DNA of 64,000 nt from Octopus sinensis (GCF_006345805.1 NC_043013.1:37634001-37698000), one strand, 5' to 3'; numbered from the stretch's first letter, positions 13,170-26,136 are shown. The notes: generated by a model not told the origin, from the sequence alone. Translations and numbers: made by a program.

Positions 13170-14286
13170 TATTTTTATTATTATTATGATACGTTTGACT
13201 TTTGCTTTGTCTTTGTACAAGTTGACTCCAAGTCTCACCCAGAGATAAAAAGTTAGAATTTCAAGTTCGTATTATGCCTAGGGTGTCATATATTTGGTTT
13301 TGTACAAAGTATTGTTCTAGAGAATGTTTAATAAAACATAAGAAAATTATGAGTTCATTTTAAAATTTAAAATAACATAGTATTTTTCGTAGGATATATG
13401 CAGTTTTCATGAGCACTATCTTTTGACATCCTGTCATTTTGGGGTTTCTTGGTATCTGAGCTAAGTAGGAATCAACCTCTTTTGCTATCATTCGTAGGGT
13501 ACCTATGGAAACAAGTATTGTTTTAAACTTGAGGTTCCATATTTTGCCAATTATTATTTCAAGATCTTTGTACTTACTCTGTACAAATACATTTATGTCA
13601 ATTGGAACAGTCATATCAGTGAGGAGGCATGATATTTGCCTGAAGTCTTTCAATATAACCTCTATCTTTCTGTCAGTTTAAACGGTGAGGTTCCAGAGAA
13701 GTGAGATGCGATCATTTTCAAACACTGGAGGTGATTTGTGTCCCCACCAATTTTTATCATGCGACAGGTCCAGGTCTTGTTGAGATACTCTATAGGAGCA
13801 AGAAGACACATGGAGACAACATGATTAATGGTTTCATTTTGTTGTTTATATACACGACATGTTGAGCTACTGCCGTTCTTTAATGTGTTAGCCTGGTAGC
13901 TCCTTATAGGTAGGCATTGATCATGGGCTGCTATGATAAACCCTTCTGTTTTTTTTTATTCTATGCCAGAAAGCACTAACCATTGATGGGTAAGGGCCTT
14001 TTCGACATCGGCATTATTAGCTCTCTTTGAGTATTTGCCATTGAGAGGTTTTTCTTGGCCTTTATCAGTAAGAATATCTAAGGCAGCAATTTTAGCACGG
14101 GTTTTCATACGCTTAGCTTTTATTGCGCTTGTTTCCAATATCTCTAATTCTGGGATTTGTTGTATTTGGAATTCATTCAGATACTCCTTTGCTTGTTTTG
14201 TTACTGAGTATGATGCTTTCCTGTTATCCTGTTTTAAGACAAACATTTTTCATCCACTCAGTTTTTCAGGTAGGTGTTGAGGCCAC
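13170..14286 (-). mobile_element. 5'-truncated R4/Dong-like retrotransposon (zinc knuckle plus restriction-like endonuclease)
   Basis: EGFIIAAHDQCLP, CRVYKQQNETINHVVSMC, DMTVPIDINV...SKYKDLEI...IGTL...QKIVLMKTAYILRK. Short (TAA)n tail at ~13170-13190; the 5' end abuts (ATT)n at 14288-14370. Confidence 0.8.
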
Positions 14287-14355
<69 letters not shown>

Positions 14356-14424
14356 TTTATTATCATTATTATTATTATTATTATTATCTTTATCATCATC
14401 ATCATCATCATCATCATCATTATT

Positions 14425-14600
14425 ACAGTCGTGTTTTGTTTGTTTGTCCGTGGACAATTTAACTGGAGAACCGCTGGATGGATACGGATGAAATATTTGG
14501 ACTTGTAACTAGCACAAAGTGATTAGATTTTGGGATGGATCTGGTACCGAACAAGGATTCTGGATAATTTGTTGCATTTACTTTACTTTATACGATTACG
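14425..14600. mobile_element. Possible non-autonomous Helentron/HINE-like relic
   Basis: GTTTGTTTGTCCGT...CTGGATGGATACGGATGAAAT...TGATTAGATTTTGG..GATCTGG resembles, from recall only, HINE-type element bodies. Confidence 0.3.
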
Positions 14601-15157
14601 GTCTTACGTTAACTTTCAAGTATTTTTCAATTATCTCCCTTTAGGCTGTAACTATTTTGAATGGGGAATTTGCTAACGTTGGCTTGTATTAGATAAGGAT
14701 AAACAATTTATTGCTGTTTCTGGGTCGATAGAATAGGTACCAGGTATACACTGGGGTCGATGTAATCGACTTAAGTCCTTCTCCAAATTCGCTGCCCTTG
14801 TAGCAAAATTTCAAACTATCATTATTATTCTACGCACACATATATGTATATATATAAACATATATATATATACATACACACACATATATACATATATATA
14901 TATATATATATACATATATATAAACACAGATACACACACATACATCTATATATATATATTGGCTTATGTATGCCTATGTATATGCGTTTTTTAAATATAT
15001 TCTGGAAATCTATTAGTCCTCTTTTTCAGCCTGTTGTAACGGTGACGAAATTAGTAAACGATAGAATTATACGCTTGAAAATATTAGACAGGAAACGTAT
15101 TAATCGATTAAAATTATTGAAATTCGTACTACAGGATGAATAGATTAGAATGCTAAA

Positions 15158-15175
15158 ATATATGGTGCAAAAATG

Positions 15176-15229
<54 letters not shown>

Positions 15230-15247
15230 CATTTTTGCACCATATAT
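15158..15247. repeat. Perfect 90 bp palindrome centred on (AT)n
   Basis: ATATATGGTGCAAAAATGAATCCAAT-(AT)n-ATTGGATTCATTTTTGCACCATATAT; symmetry checked base by base in the arms. Confidence 0.9.
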
Positions 15248-15248
15248 G

Positions 15249-15282
<34 letters not shown>

Positions 15283-16325
15283 AATATATATGTATATATA
15301 TGTATGTATGTATGTATGTAAGTATGTATACACTCACACTCAGACACACGCAAACACGCAAGCAAACACACACACACAAACACCTTCTCACACACACACA
15401 CATATATAAGGGTAAGCGAATTTTTGAGGGACCAAAACTTTAACGGATATAAATATATATATGTATGAAATACGACTACTGTGATATTCTGAGATTAATG
15501 GAAAGTATTTGGAAGCTTATCAGGTTCTGACTTCCTTTTTTTTTCTGAGAAAATTTGCCTGTGCATCATCAAAAACAGAGTTTGATTATGTCGTGTTTCT
15601 GGCGAACAACTAGCATAAGTAAGTCATAAACAGAAACTTGAGAGCTACTCACTAATTTAAAAGGGATAACAAACTGCACTCATCCGTCAGCAATGATTAA
15701 TGGTGTGTTTATGTTACTGCGTGTATTAGTCCGTACGGTTGAGTGTCTGTGTGTTTAATACATGCAATTATAGAGATATGTAAGAATACATATATATATA
15801 GGTGTCTGCACATACATACATCCGTACTTACGTACATTCATACATGCATACATACATACATACATACATACATACATGCATACATATGAGTGTCTATGTG
15901 TATGGATGCTATATATTGGGATATACATATACATGTATACATCCGGCATATACATACATGTATTGCCAACCAGATTATTTACCTAATTATTTGTGTTCAT
16001 CAAGGTTTCATACGAAATAAGCATCGCTTTTGCTCACATACAAATACGCTTTTCCGTTTAAATATGCTGCAGGATAAAATGGCGTCGTGAATAAGACATA
16101 CGTTCATACATCCATGCATGCATACATACATACATGCATGCATACATACATACACACGTACGTACATACACACACACATATATATGTATTTACGTATTTA
16201 TTCACATATGATTATACATATACATACGTACATGCACATGCACACACGCGCACATATATATATATATATATATAATTGTGCGCAGGTGTAAGTGGGTGTT
16301 CTTGCCTGTATGTGTGCATGTATGT

Positions 16326-16381
<56 letters not shown>

Positions 16382-16596
16382 TATATATATATATATACAA
16401 TATATACATATATATACATATATATATATACATATATGTATATATACGGTTAAGTAATTGAGATTCTAGTGAATTCTAAAGAATTCACTTGAATATGGTC
16501 CTTAACTAGGATGCACCGGAAATCTCTATGGTGTTAACCATACGACAAGTGGGGTGATTACAAATAGGAAAAAAGCAACAAGAATGGATTAAAATC

Positions 16597-16680
16597 TCGG
16601 TATGATCGTTTCGTACGAGGACATCTTTAATAAGCTACAAAAAATGCAGTGAATACAGATGGCTCGTACTCGTCAGCCGA
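16597..16680 (-). ncRNA. Minimal type I hammerhead ribozyme motif with long loop II
   Basis: TCGG-CTGACGA-GTACGAG(43 nt)CTCGTAC-GAAAC-GATC-ATA-CCGA. Perfect 7 bp stem II, 4-6 bp stem I and a palindromic GATC loop; AUA triplet with a C.A mismatch in stem III. Confidence 0.75.
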
Positions 16681-16837
16681 AAAAACATCAGAGAATTCCC
16701 AAACATCAAAAGGGGTAGATGCATTGAAGAAAGTTCGATTCGTGGAGATCCGATGAAAGGTTTTAACCTATAGAATTTATGCATGTCTACATATAGCTCA
16801 TATTGAATATTTGATCAAGTTGTGTGAAGAAATTATG

Positions 16838-16943
<106 letters not shown>

Positions 16944-16977
16944 TATATACATATATATATATGTATGTATGTATATA

Positions 16978-17303
16978 TTGGCGAAGTGTTGGCTGTGTAG
17001 TAAGTGGGTTCAGTTCCAAAACGTGGCACCTTGAGCAAGTGTCTTCTAGTATGGGTTCGGGCCGATCAAAGATTTGTGAGTGTACGGGAAATGAAAGAAA
17101 TACGTCGTGTATATATGTGTGTGTGTGTCTTCTTTTGTGCCCCCCAACGTTGCTTGAGAACTTACGACGGTGTGTTTACATCACCGTAACTAACGGTTCG
17201 GCAAAATGGACTAGGCTTACAATGAATAATTCCAGCATCGATTCGCTCGATTAAAGGCGCTCCATCATGGCCGCAGTCAAGTGAGTGAAACGAGTAAAAG
17301 AAT
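16978..17303 (+). mobile_element. SINE, group B
   Basis: Head GGTTCAGTTCC, GGCACCTTGAGCAAGTGTCTTCT, internal (AT/GT) tract, tail CATGGCCGCAGTCAA. Confidence 0.75.
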
Positions 17304-17319
17304 ATATATATATATATAT

Positions 17320-17619
17320 CATCGTGATCACCGTGACCGACGACCAGACTATCAGATGTTGCTACACATCGCTGGTCACAATGCGCTGCGCATTGTTTTA
17401 GCCTTCAAATGATGCCACCCCGCTGACTAAGCGAGCAGGCCAACAGAAGAAAGAGTGAGAGAAAGTTGTGGTGAAAGAGTACAGCAGGGATCGCCACCAC
17501 CCCCTGCCGGAGCCTCATGTAGCTTTTAGGTGTTTTCGATCAATAAACACTCACAACGCCCGGTCTGTGAATCGAAACCGCGATTCCGCTGCCCTAACCA
17601 CTGGACCATTGCGCCTCCA
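17320..17619 (-). mobile_element. SINE, group A, tail type ii
   Basis: tRNA-like head plus tail ...GCATTGTGACCAGCGATGTGTAGCAACATCTGATAG...GTCACG. Near-identical to 34850-35148. Confidence 0.8.
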
Positions 17620-19002
17620 CCATATATATATATACATACTTACATAGCTATATACAAACATTCATGTACATGGCTCTGAATCTTAGCCTTGTTTGGTTAC
17701 TTATACTATCCGCGTCTGTTTATGATTATAGTCCGACTTACACGAATATGTGGTTATATATGTTCGCACTCACATGCGTAGAAAACATACAATCATATTT
17801 TTGACCGAGTGAAGGTATTGGTATATAAAAAGATATATGCATACACTATCACGTATACATATACCTTTCTTGTTAGTGAGAATATATTTCCTTGGAATGA
17901 CGGTTATTGGTTGGTAACTACAATGTAACTACGCGCACAAACAACCACTCATTATAACTACACACACAAATGCGCACACACAAACACGCACAAACTCACA
18001 GAGAGACACGGACGTAAAAGCATGCACACCAACAACCACACGCGAATATTACATGTATGGGTATGCCTGTGTGATTTTGATATGTTTGCTTATGTATCAA
18101 TGAATGATCAACTGTATTTATGCAAATGAGGCTACCTATTCGATGTTCATTCAGTAGATATCAAACCGTCCACACATCATTTTGTCCCTCCTTCAGTTGT
18201 CTTTCCTTCTGTGTTTCTATTATTCAATTTTTCTATCTTTCTATCTTTCTATTTCTTCCTATTCTTTCCGCTCCCATTTCTCAAGCCCATTTTTCCTCTC
18301 TGTCTGGAACTATGCAATTTAACTTTTTGATATATATTTTTTTATTCTGTACAGTACAAGAGACCAACAAGGAAGGAGTTTCCTTGTGTGTTCTGCAATG
18401 TGAAATCTACGATAAAAACGTTAACATATGCACCGTTAACTCAGCATATTAAGTTTCAATAAGATCATTTGTCTTATATTTCTAAATTGTTATGATGGAG
18501 CACTGAATCTGTAAAAATCTGAACAAAAATGCATAAATAATCGAAGATTTATGTCTCTGGATCTGCATGAATAAAAACAAAAACGGTATAAAATTGCTTC
18601 GTCTTGTAAGGATTTAGCAAAAAGAGAGCAAAAGAAATGAAGCAAAATAAAAACAAAAAATTGAAACAGAAACTACTAGGAAGAAGCAACAGGATATTAA
18701 GAGGAATTTCGAAGGGGAAGTTTGTGTGAAGTAAGGTCAGAATAACTACAGAAGGTTAGACAATGATAAAATGTTTAGAGACTAAATTAACTCCACCAAA
18801 CATGTAATCTTTTCTCACTAACCTTTAGCCTTTACCATAAGTCTCATTCCTGCTGGCGCAAATATACATATACATGCACACATACATTAATAGATACATC
18901 TTTATAAGTGTGTGTGTACGCGTATATGTATCTATATATATATATGCATATATATATATATATATATATATGCATATATATATGTATATATGTATATATA
19001 TA

Positions 19003-19073
<71 letters not shown>

Positions 19074-20319
19074 TACATATGCACTGCCGTACACACATAT
19101 ATGTGTGCGTCGCTATGCATGTCCTCCTTTTAAAAAGGACGAAAGCTGATTGGTTAACCAAATGGTTAAGAAGGTCGCTTTGTGAACACGAAATTTCAGG
19201 CTCAATCCCACTGCATGAATCTTATGGAAGTTTTGTCTTTTTTTTTTAAAGATGGCTTCGTGCGCAAACCTGCCGAGTGGATTGTCACTAAATTGTACTT
19301 ATTTAAATTTGCCAAATGCTGTGTCCCAATGACTCTCTTCGATTATAACTGTACATGTATCTGTGGAATATTCAGCCGCCTACTGATTAGCTCAATGAGC
19401 AGCTAGTCTACAAATACCATGTTCGAGCGTCGGATACCATACCGCATGGAATTTTTTCCGTCTCTAAGCACTCTAAGTTTGATATTGCATTTCCTCATTT
19501 TCCGGTCCATAAAATACTACCAATCCGGAAATATGAATTAGTGGAACTGCAAAAGCATCGGAAAATATGCCTTGTGGTGGTTCTGGTTTCAATTACCAAC
19601 GTGACTTTTTTTGCTTCAAGGCTGGTTTTAACGTATGGGATATTTAAACAACTTACTGGTAACTTGTGAGCAGTAACTTGTCTACAAAATCTCTTGTCTG
19701 GGAATACCTTTCTTTATTAGACTGGTGCTTTTCTTTCTAAAGGACAAAAAAGAAAGGAAAGAAAACAAAGACACAAATATCTCTGAACAATAGACATCTT
19801 GAAACCAGGTTACTGCAAGTATTATTGGTATTCGGGTTGAGCTTCTGCTCTGATAGCACTTAGTAGACGAATATTCAAAAGAATTCCAAACGGGAACATA
19901 AGGTTGTTCCTTTTTACGCTCGGAAATCCAAGTATCATAACAATTATATGTTCTTTTATAAGATAAAGTTGTGACTTGGTTGGTGTATCGCTACTACTTC
20001 TAGCAACTCCAGTGTCCATATAAAGTCGCTTCATCATCCTCCCCGCACCAACATGCTTACTGAACTTATTCTTTTGTCCTACTAAGGCGTTACGCATTTA
20101 TATGTAAAACAAAAACCGGTTATCTCATATGTTCTGGAAGCTACTTGGTACACAAGAGAAATTGGATTAAGTTTCCAAAATATCCCTAGTGCCCTTATTG
20201 ATATACCGTGCAGGGCCTTTTAAATGGAAATAAAAAAAATATTTATCAGTGAGAGAGCATCTGCATTGCTCTGTTTGACCTTTTTGAAACAGCAGCCATA
20301 TTTTCACCAAACTATACTG

Positions 20320-20518
20320 TTCTTCTTCTTCCTCTCCTTCTTCTTCTTCTTCTTCTTCTTCTTCTTCTTCTTCTTCTTCTCTTCTTCTTCTTCTTCTTCT
20401 TCTTCTTCTTCTTCTTCTTCTTCTTCTTCTCCTCCTCTTTCTTCTTCTTCCACTTCTTCTCCTTCCACTTCTTCTCCTCCTCCTCCTCCTCCTCCTTCTT
20501 CTTCTTCTTCTTCTTCTT

Positions 20519-20549
<31 letters not shown>

Positions 20550-20550
20550 C

Positions 20551-20620
<70 letters not shown>
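20320..20620. repeat. Compound trinucleotide microsatellite (TTC)n(CCT)n(TAC)n(CAC)n(TAC)n
   Basis: Read directly. It explains the poly-S/T/E/R ORFs. Confidence 0.95.
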
Positions 20621-20621
<1 letters not shown>

Positions 20622-20829
20622 ACATACACACATCGGAGAGCACATTCAAAGATGTATTTGTAAATTTTTTCTGACTCACAAAAAGACATGATTGTAGGAA
20701 TAAAGAGGTTTTGATCACACGTCTATATTATAAGAACTGGTTTGTGGTTAAATAACAACAGAACTTTTGAGTAAATGGGTTTTTGACTACAATGAGAATA
20801 TTATCTATTATCGGAAATATCGATTTAAA

Positions 20830-21275
20830 ATTTTGGTACAAGACAAGCAATTTCGGGCTTGGGTTCTAGTCAGTTACATCGAAACCAGTACTCAAGTGGT
20901 ACTTATGGTATCGACCCTGAAAGGACGAAAAGCACAGTTGACTTTAGTGATACTTGAACTCATTACGTAAAGACGGGTAGAAGGTCTCTAAGCATTTTGC
21001 CCGACGTGCCAACGATTATACAAATTCTCGGCCTTTATTGCCGGAAATATCAATAAAGTTGATGAGCTGGCAGAGTCGTTAGCATGCTGGACGAGATGTT
21101 TAGCCGTTTTTCGCCCGTCGCTACTTTCTGAATTAGAATTCCTCCTAGATTGACATCGCTTTTCATCCATTCGAGGTCGATGAATAAAGTACCAGTGAAA
21201 CACTGGGTTCAATATAATCAACTAGTCTCCTGCCCATCAACTTTCATGCCCCGTGCTTTAGTAGGAAGGATTAAT
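20830..21275. mobile_element. Two old group C SINE copies, head-to-head (minus 20830-21050, plus 21060-21275)
   Basis: GAGCTGGCAGAGTCGTTAGCA head on plus; CTAAGCATTTTGCCCGACGTGCCAACG (reverse-complement head) on the left copy. Confidence 0.65.
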
Positions 21276-21977
21276 GCTGTTGTGGTGGTCGATCCCTGGT
21301 TGCTCTTAACCCGGGCCAACAACATTTCCTCTACGATCATCCGGTCTAATTTTTTATCATAATATATCTAAGACAATCTTACAGTAATGCCCATTTGTTT
21401 CAGTTTGTAGAGTTTGATTTAAATGTATCTTACTTCACTTTGCAGCAGAATATTTGCAGAGTAGATTCCTCCATTGTTTTCTTATCACAGTTAGTTTTGC
21501 TACATTTTATCCACTGTTTATGCAGATCTATCATGAAAGGCATCCACACCAAGACCATTCCCACCTAACTAGAAGAACACTATATCTATCTCTACACATT
21601 ATAATGCGTCGTCTCTCCTCTTTGATTTTTAAGACGATAGAACATGACATGTGAGACTTTTGCATACGATTTGCAGAAATGTTTTTCAATCGCATTTGAG
21701 CACCTTCATTTACGCCTGTAATAAAGGATTACAATTAAAAAAAGAGACACGAAGGAGGACATAGAGTGTGTTGAGAGAATCTAAGTTAAATACATGCATT
21801 AATGCTAAACAGAAGGTTGGATAAAACGGAATACTTGCAATAGGATGAACCTGAACTCATAAAACAATAGCAAAAACGATGAACACTGCAAAACCTTCCG
21901 CTATTTGTTTATCATTTCAGCCACCTTCGCTGCTTCTCATTTTTTCCAAAACTTTTCTTCTAATATTGATACAGACG

Positions 21978-22125
21978 CGGCGAGGCTGTGGATGTGAGGT
22001 AAGAAGCTTTCTTCCCTGCCACATGGTTCAGTGCTACATTGGGCAAAGGTCTGCTACTATAGCCTTGGGTTGACCAAACCCTTGTAAGTAGATTTGGTAG
22101 ACGGAAACTGAAAGAAGCCCCTATG
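21978..22125 (+). mobile_element. SINE group B 5' part
   Basis: GTAAGAAGCTTTCTTCCC...GGTTCAGT...GGATTTGGTAGACGGAAACTGAAAGAAGCCC-like sequence. Confidence 0.7.
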
Positions 22126-22451
22126 CACACACACACATACATACACACACACACACACGTATATATATATATTTGTATTTCGGGATGATCAAATTTTTTG
22201 CCAATAAACACACGCACTGTATATCATTTCCTTCACTCCTTTTATTACTGTTCTTATTTTATTATTTTAACTCGTGTCCATTGTCCGGAAATCGTTCGTC
22301 GCACATCTGTGACCTCCTCAGCGACACTTTTCGTTTTGGTGCATGTTCTTGTTCCATTTACACCATTCTGTTCTAAGGTGTGTATCCTTAAGTGCGCATG
22401 CGTTTGTGTCCTTGTTTGTGTGAGTGTGAGTGGGTATGTGTGTGTGTGTGC

Positions 22452-22498
<47 letters not shown>

Positions 22499-22884
22499 GT
22501 GTGCTTGTGTGTGTCATAATTTTTGGCAGCAGTGTGGCCTTCCTTTCTGCTGCTCCATCCTTTCACGCCATTGTGCTGCTGCTGTCGTTAGACCCCCAAA
22601 AATGGAATACAATGAAACAGTAAAAAAATGGAATGGAATGGGACAGTAACACCCACCAGCACACCACACCACATGACTAAAGACAGTAGGGATGAAAAGA
22701 CAGAGGGAAAAGGAAGAAAAACTGTAAATAATACATAGAAACATACAGGCTAATACACACACAATAGACATATGTACTTACCTGTGATACTTATGAGAAA
22801 TAGAGATAGACGTATAAAAAAAAATCGTAACCCGTTAGTTTAAGAGTAACTATGGAACGTTGAATAGAATTACATTATTAGCGA

Positions 22885-23145
22885 AGGTTCGTGATGCAGT
22901 GATTGTGTTATCACACTCACGATCGCTAGATCGTGGGTTCGATTCCCGGACCTGGTGGTGTGTTATGATCTTGATCGAAACACTTCGTTTCACATTGCTT
23001 CAGAACCCCTTTCGATCAGAGAAGTATGTTGGCCTACTTACGTAGCTAGAAGGGTGGCGTCATTCGAAGGCTTAAGACGGTGCAAAATGCATTTTGAGCA
23101 GCGATGTGTAACAGCGTCTGAGAATCTGATCAGTCACGGGGTCTT
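22885..23145 (+). mobile_element. Diverged tRNA-derived SINE with a type ii tail
   Basis: B box GGGTTCGATTCCC; tail GGTGGCGTCATTCGAAGGC...GCAGCGATGTGTAACAGCGTCTGA. Confidence 0.6.
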
Positions 23146-23763
23146 ATGGTATTATTTTATACTTTAGACAAAGTGGGACGCTGTGTTCATTACGCTTTAC
23201 AGGATCGTTTAGATTTGTGGGATGGACGAAAGAGGATATCCTCAAACATGATCTGAATTCTTACAACAAACTGGATGACACTAAAGGAATCCACGATGCT
23301 AGCTGCGTTCAATTGGGTACAGGATTAATTCCGAAACGGACTAAGACGAAGAAGAATTTGAAATATGAATACAAGGAGCCTGTAAAAGTAACAGGTGTCG
23401 CTAACCCCACTAGAATCGTTAGATTTCTTATAAACTCCCGAAAAGAAGAAATGAAAAATTGAACTGGAGTGGATTTGAACTTGTAAAGGTGAGCGTCAGA
23501 AGAAATATCGGGCGATAATCTCTCCAGCGCAATGAAACATTTACTTTCACCGTTTATAGACAAACAAGTACTTTTAACCGCTGGGATCATTTTTCACCAA
23601 AGATCAAATTTATGGGAGTTCAGGACAAACTGACAGGGATTTAAATATTGCAACAAAAACACCGATTAGTCAAGGTTAACAATTAGAATAATTCGAAATC
23701 ACAACCTTCCAAACTACATAAGATCATTGAATAGCATTTAGTCCCTTCATTTACAGTGACTAC

Positions 23764-24534
23764 ATATTTCTTTACTACCCACAAGGGGCTAAACACAGAG
23801 AGGACAAACAAGGACAGACAGACGGATTAAATCGATTATATCGACCCCAGTGCGTTACTGGTATTTAATTTATCGACCACGAAAGGATGAAAGGCAAAGT
23901 CGACCTCGGCAGAATTTGAACTCAGAACGTAACGGCAGACGAAATACCTATTTCTTTACTACCCACAAGGGGCTAAACACAGAGAGGGCAAACAATGACA
24001 GACAAACGGATTAAGTGGATTACATCGACCCTAGTGCGTAACCAGTACTTAATTTATCGACAGCGAAAGGATGAAAGGCAAAGTCGACCTCGGCGGAATT
24101 TGAACTCAGAACGTAACGGCAGACGAAATACCTATTCTTTACTACCCAAAAGGGGCTAAACACAGAGAGTACAAACAAGGACAGACAAACAGATTAAGTC
24201 AATTATATCGACTCCAGTGCGTATCGACGACAAATAGGATGAAAGGCAAAGTCGACCTCGGTGGAATCTGAACTCAGATCGTAAAGGCAAACAAAATACC
24301 TATTTCCTTACTACCCACAAGAGGCTAAACACAGAGAGGACAAACAAGGACAGACAAACAGATTAAGTCGTTTGTATCGACCCCAGTGTGTAACTGGTAC
24401 TTATTTAATCCACCCTGAAAAGATGAAAGGCAAAGTCGACCTCGGCGAAATTTGAAATCAGAACGTAACGGCAGACGAAATACCGCTAAGCATTTCGCCT
24501 GGCGTGCTAACGTTTCTGCCAGCTCACCGCTTTA
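23764..24534 (-). mobile_element. Group C SINE with one head and four tandem ~184 bp bodies, 15 bp TSD
   Basis: Unit starts at 23765, 23949, 24133 and 24301. TSD ATTTACAGTGACTAC at 23749-23763 and 24535-24549. Confidence 0.85.
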
Positions 24535-24879
24535 ATTTACAGTGACTACCCTTACCCACTTCAGTCTATTTACCGACTGATTATTCGCAATTAATTTATT
24601 CTCCCTCCTCTTAGCCTCAGTAATATTTCAATGTTATTGTTATAAAAACGTCAGGAATGGTATTGTTCTAATACGGTGATTGTTTTGTTTTCTCTTATTT
24701 CTATCCAGTTAAAGTTATTGCGAGTAATTATGAATCTATGAACGAGGAAATTGAGCCAGCCCGAGTCAATGGCGATTGACGTATACTTAATAATCAAATT
24801 ATTTCTAGCTGCTGCTGCTTTTGGTCCTAATGAATAAACATATTCATGGCGAATGCTGTTCTTTACGATGATAGTTAAG

Positions 24880-25108
24880 CGTACGATGCTGACGGTTATA
24901 ACGATCGTAATGGTGATGATTTTTGAACGGCGACGACGACGACAACGATGACAACCATGATTGTGATAACGAGAAGGGAAATGATGAAGATGGTAATGAT
25001 AATGATAATAATTATGATGATAAAGTTGATCAATATGCTGATGACAACATTAACGTTCCTATTGAAAGCATTGATAAAAACGGTGATGAAAAAGGGTACT
25101 CTGCTGCT

Positions 25109-25139
<31 letters not shown>

Positions 25140-25299
25140 ATGATGATATTAAGGATAATGATGGTGATGATGGTTCTGAAGATAATTACGGTATTAGGCA
25201 TGATTATGTTCCCGCGTATCATCATCGCCATCATAACAAGCATCATCATTATGATCATAATCATGGGCATGTTCACCACTATATCGCATTTAAAATCTA

Positions 25300-25359
<60 letters not shown>

Positions 25360-25444
25360 TTATTATCATTATTATTATTTTTATTATTATCATTATTATT
25401 ATTATCATTATTATTTTTTTTTTATCATTCTTCTCTTCTTCTTC

Positions 25445-25483
<39 letters not shown>

Positions 25484-25954
25484 GTAGTAGTAGTAGTAGT
25501 AGTTAGTAGTAGTAGTAGTAATAGTTGTAGTATTACTAGTAGTATTGTTGTTGATGTTGCTGTTGCTCTTGTTGTAGTTGGTGTTGTTGTTGTTGTTATC
25601 ATTATTGATGTTATTTTTATTGTTGTTCATATTATTCTAATCATCATCATCATCAACATCATTATGCTCATCATCATCATTAGCTGTTATTATGACGATG
25701 TTGACAGCAATGACGGAGCTAATTGAGTTGAGTGTGACCTTGCTTCTGATTGGGATAATAATTTTGTTTTTATTGTCGTCGATAATGGCAGTTATGAAGA
25801 CACGAAATTGCTCTAAAATAACACTAATAATAATGATATTAATATTCATGACGTTCGTAATGATGATAGTGAGGATGATGATGGTGATTTCTTCTATTTT
25901 AAACAAAGACATCAATTAATAATATTGATAATTCTAATAATATTGAAAATAGTA

Positions 25955-26009
<55 letters not shown>

Positions 26010-26049
26010 TAACAATAATAATGATAATAATAATGATAATAATAGTAAT

Positions 26050-26097
<48 letters not shown>

Positions 26098-26105
26098 TAT
26101 TATTA

Positions 26106-26136
<31 letters not shown>

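Noticed and set aside
18348-18460. YKRPTRKEFPCVFC...LTQHIKFQ zinc-finger-like peptide after an acceptor
   Set aside because: The C-to-H spacing is wrong for C2H2 and the second His is missing; likely chance.
22280-22325. Minus-strand CTGAGGA...GAAC hammerhead candidate
   Set aside because: Core incomplete, with no stem I partner or cleavage triplet.
24896-25726. Long ORFs (170-267 aa) rich in D, H, Y and I
   Set aside because: They are products of trinucleotide microsatellites that lack stops in some frames; no domain signal.
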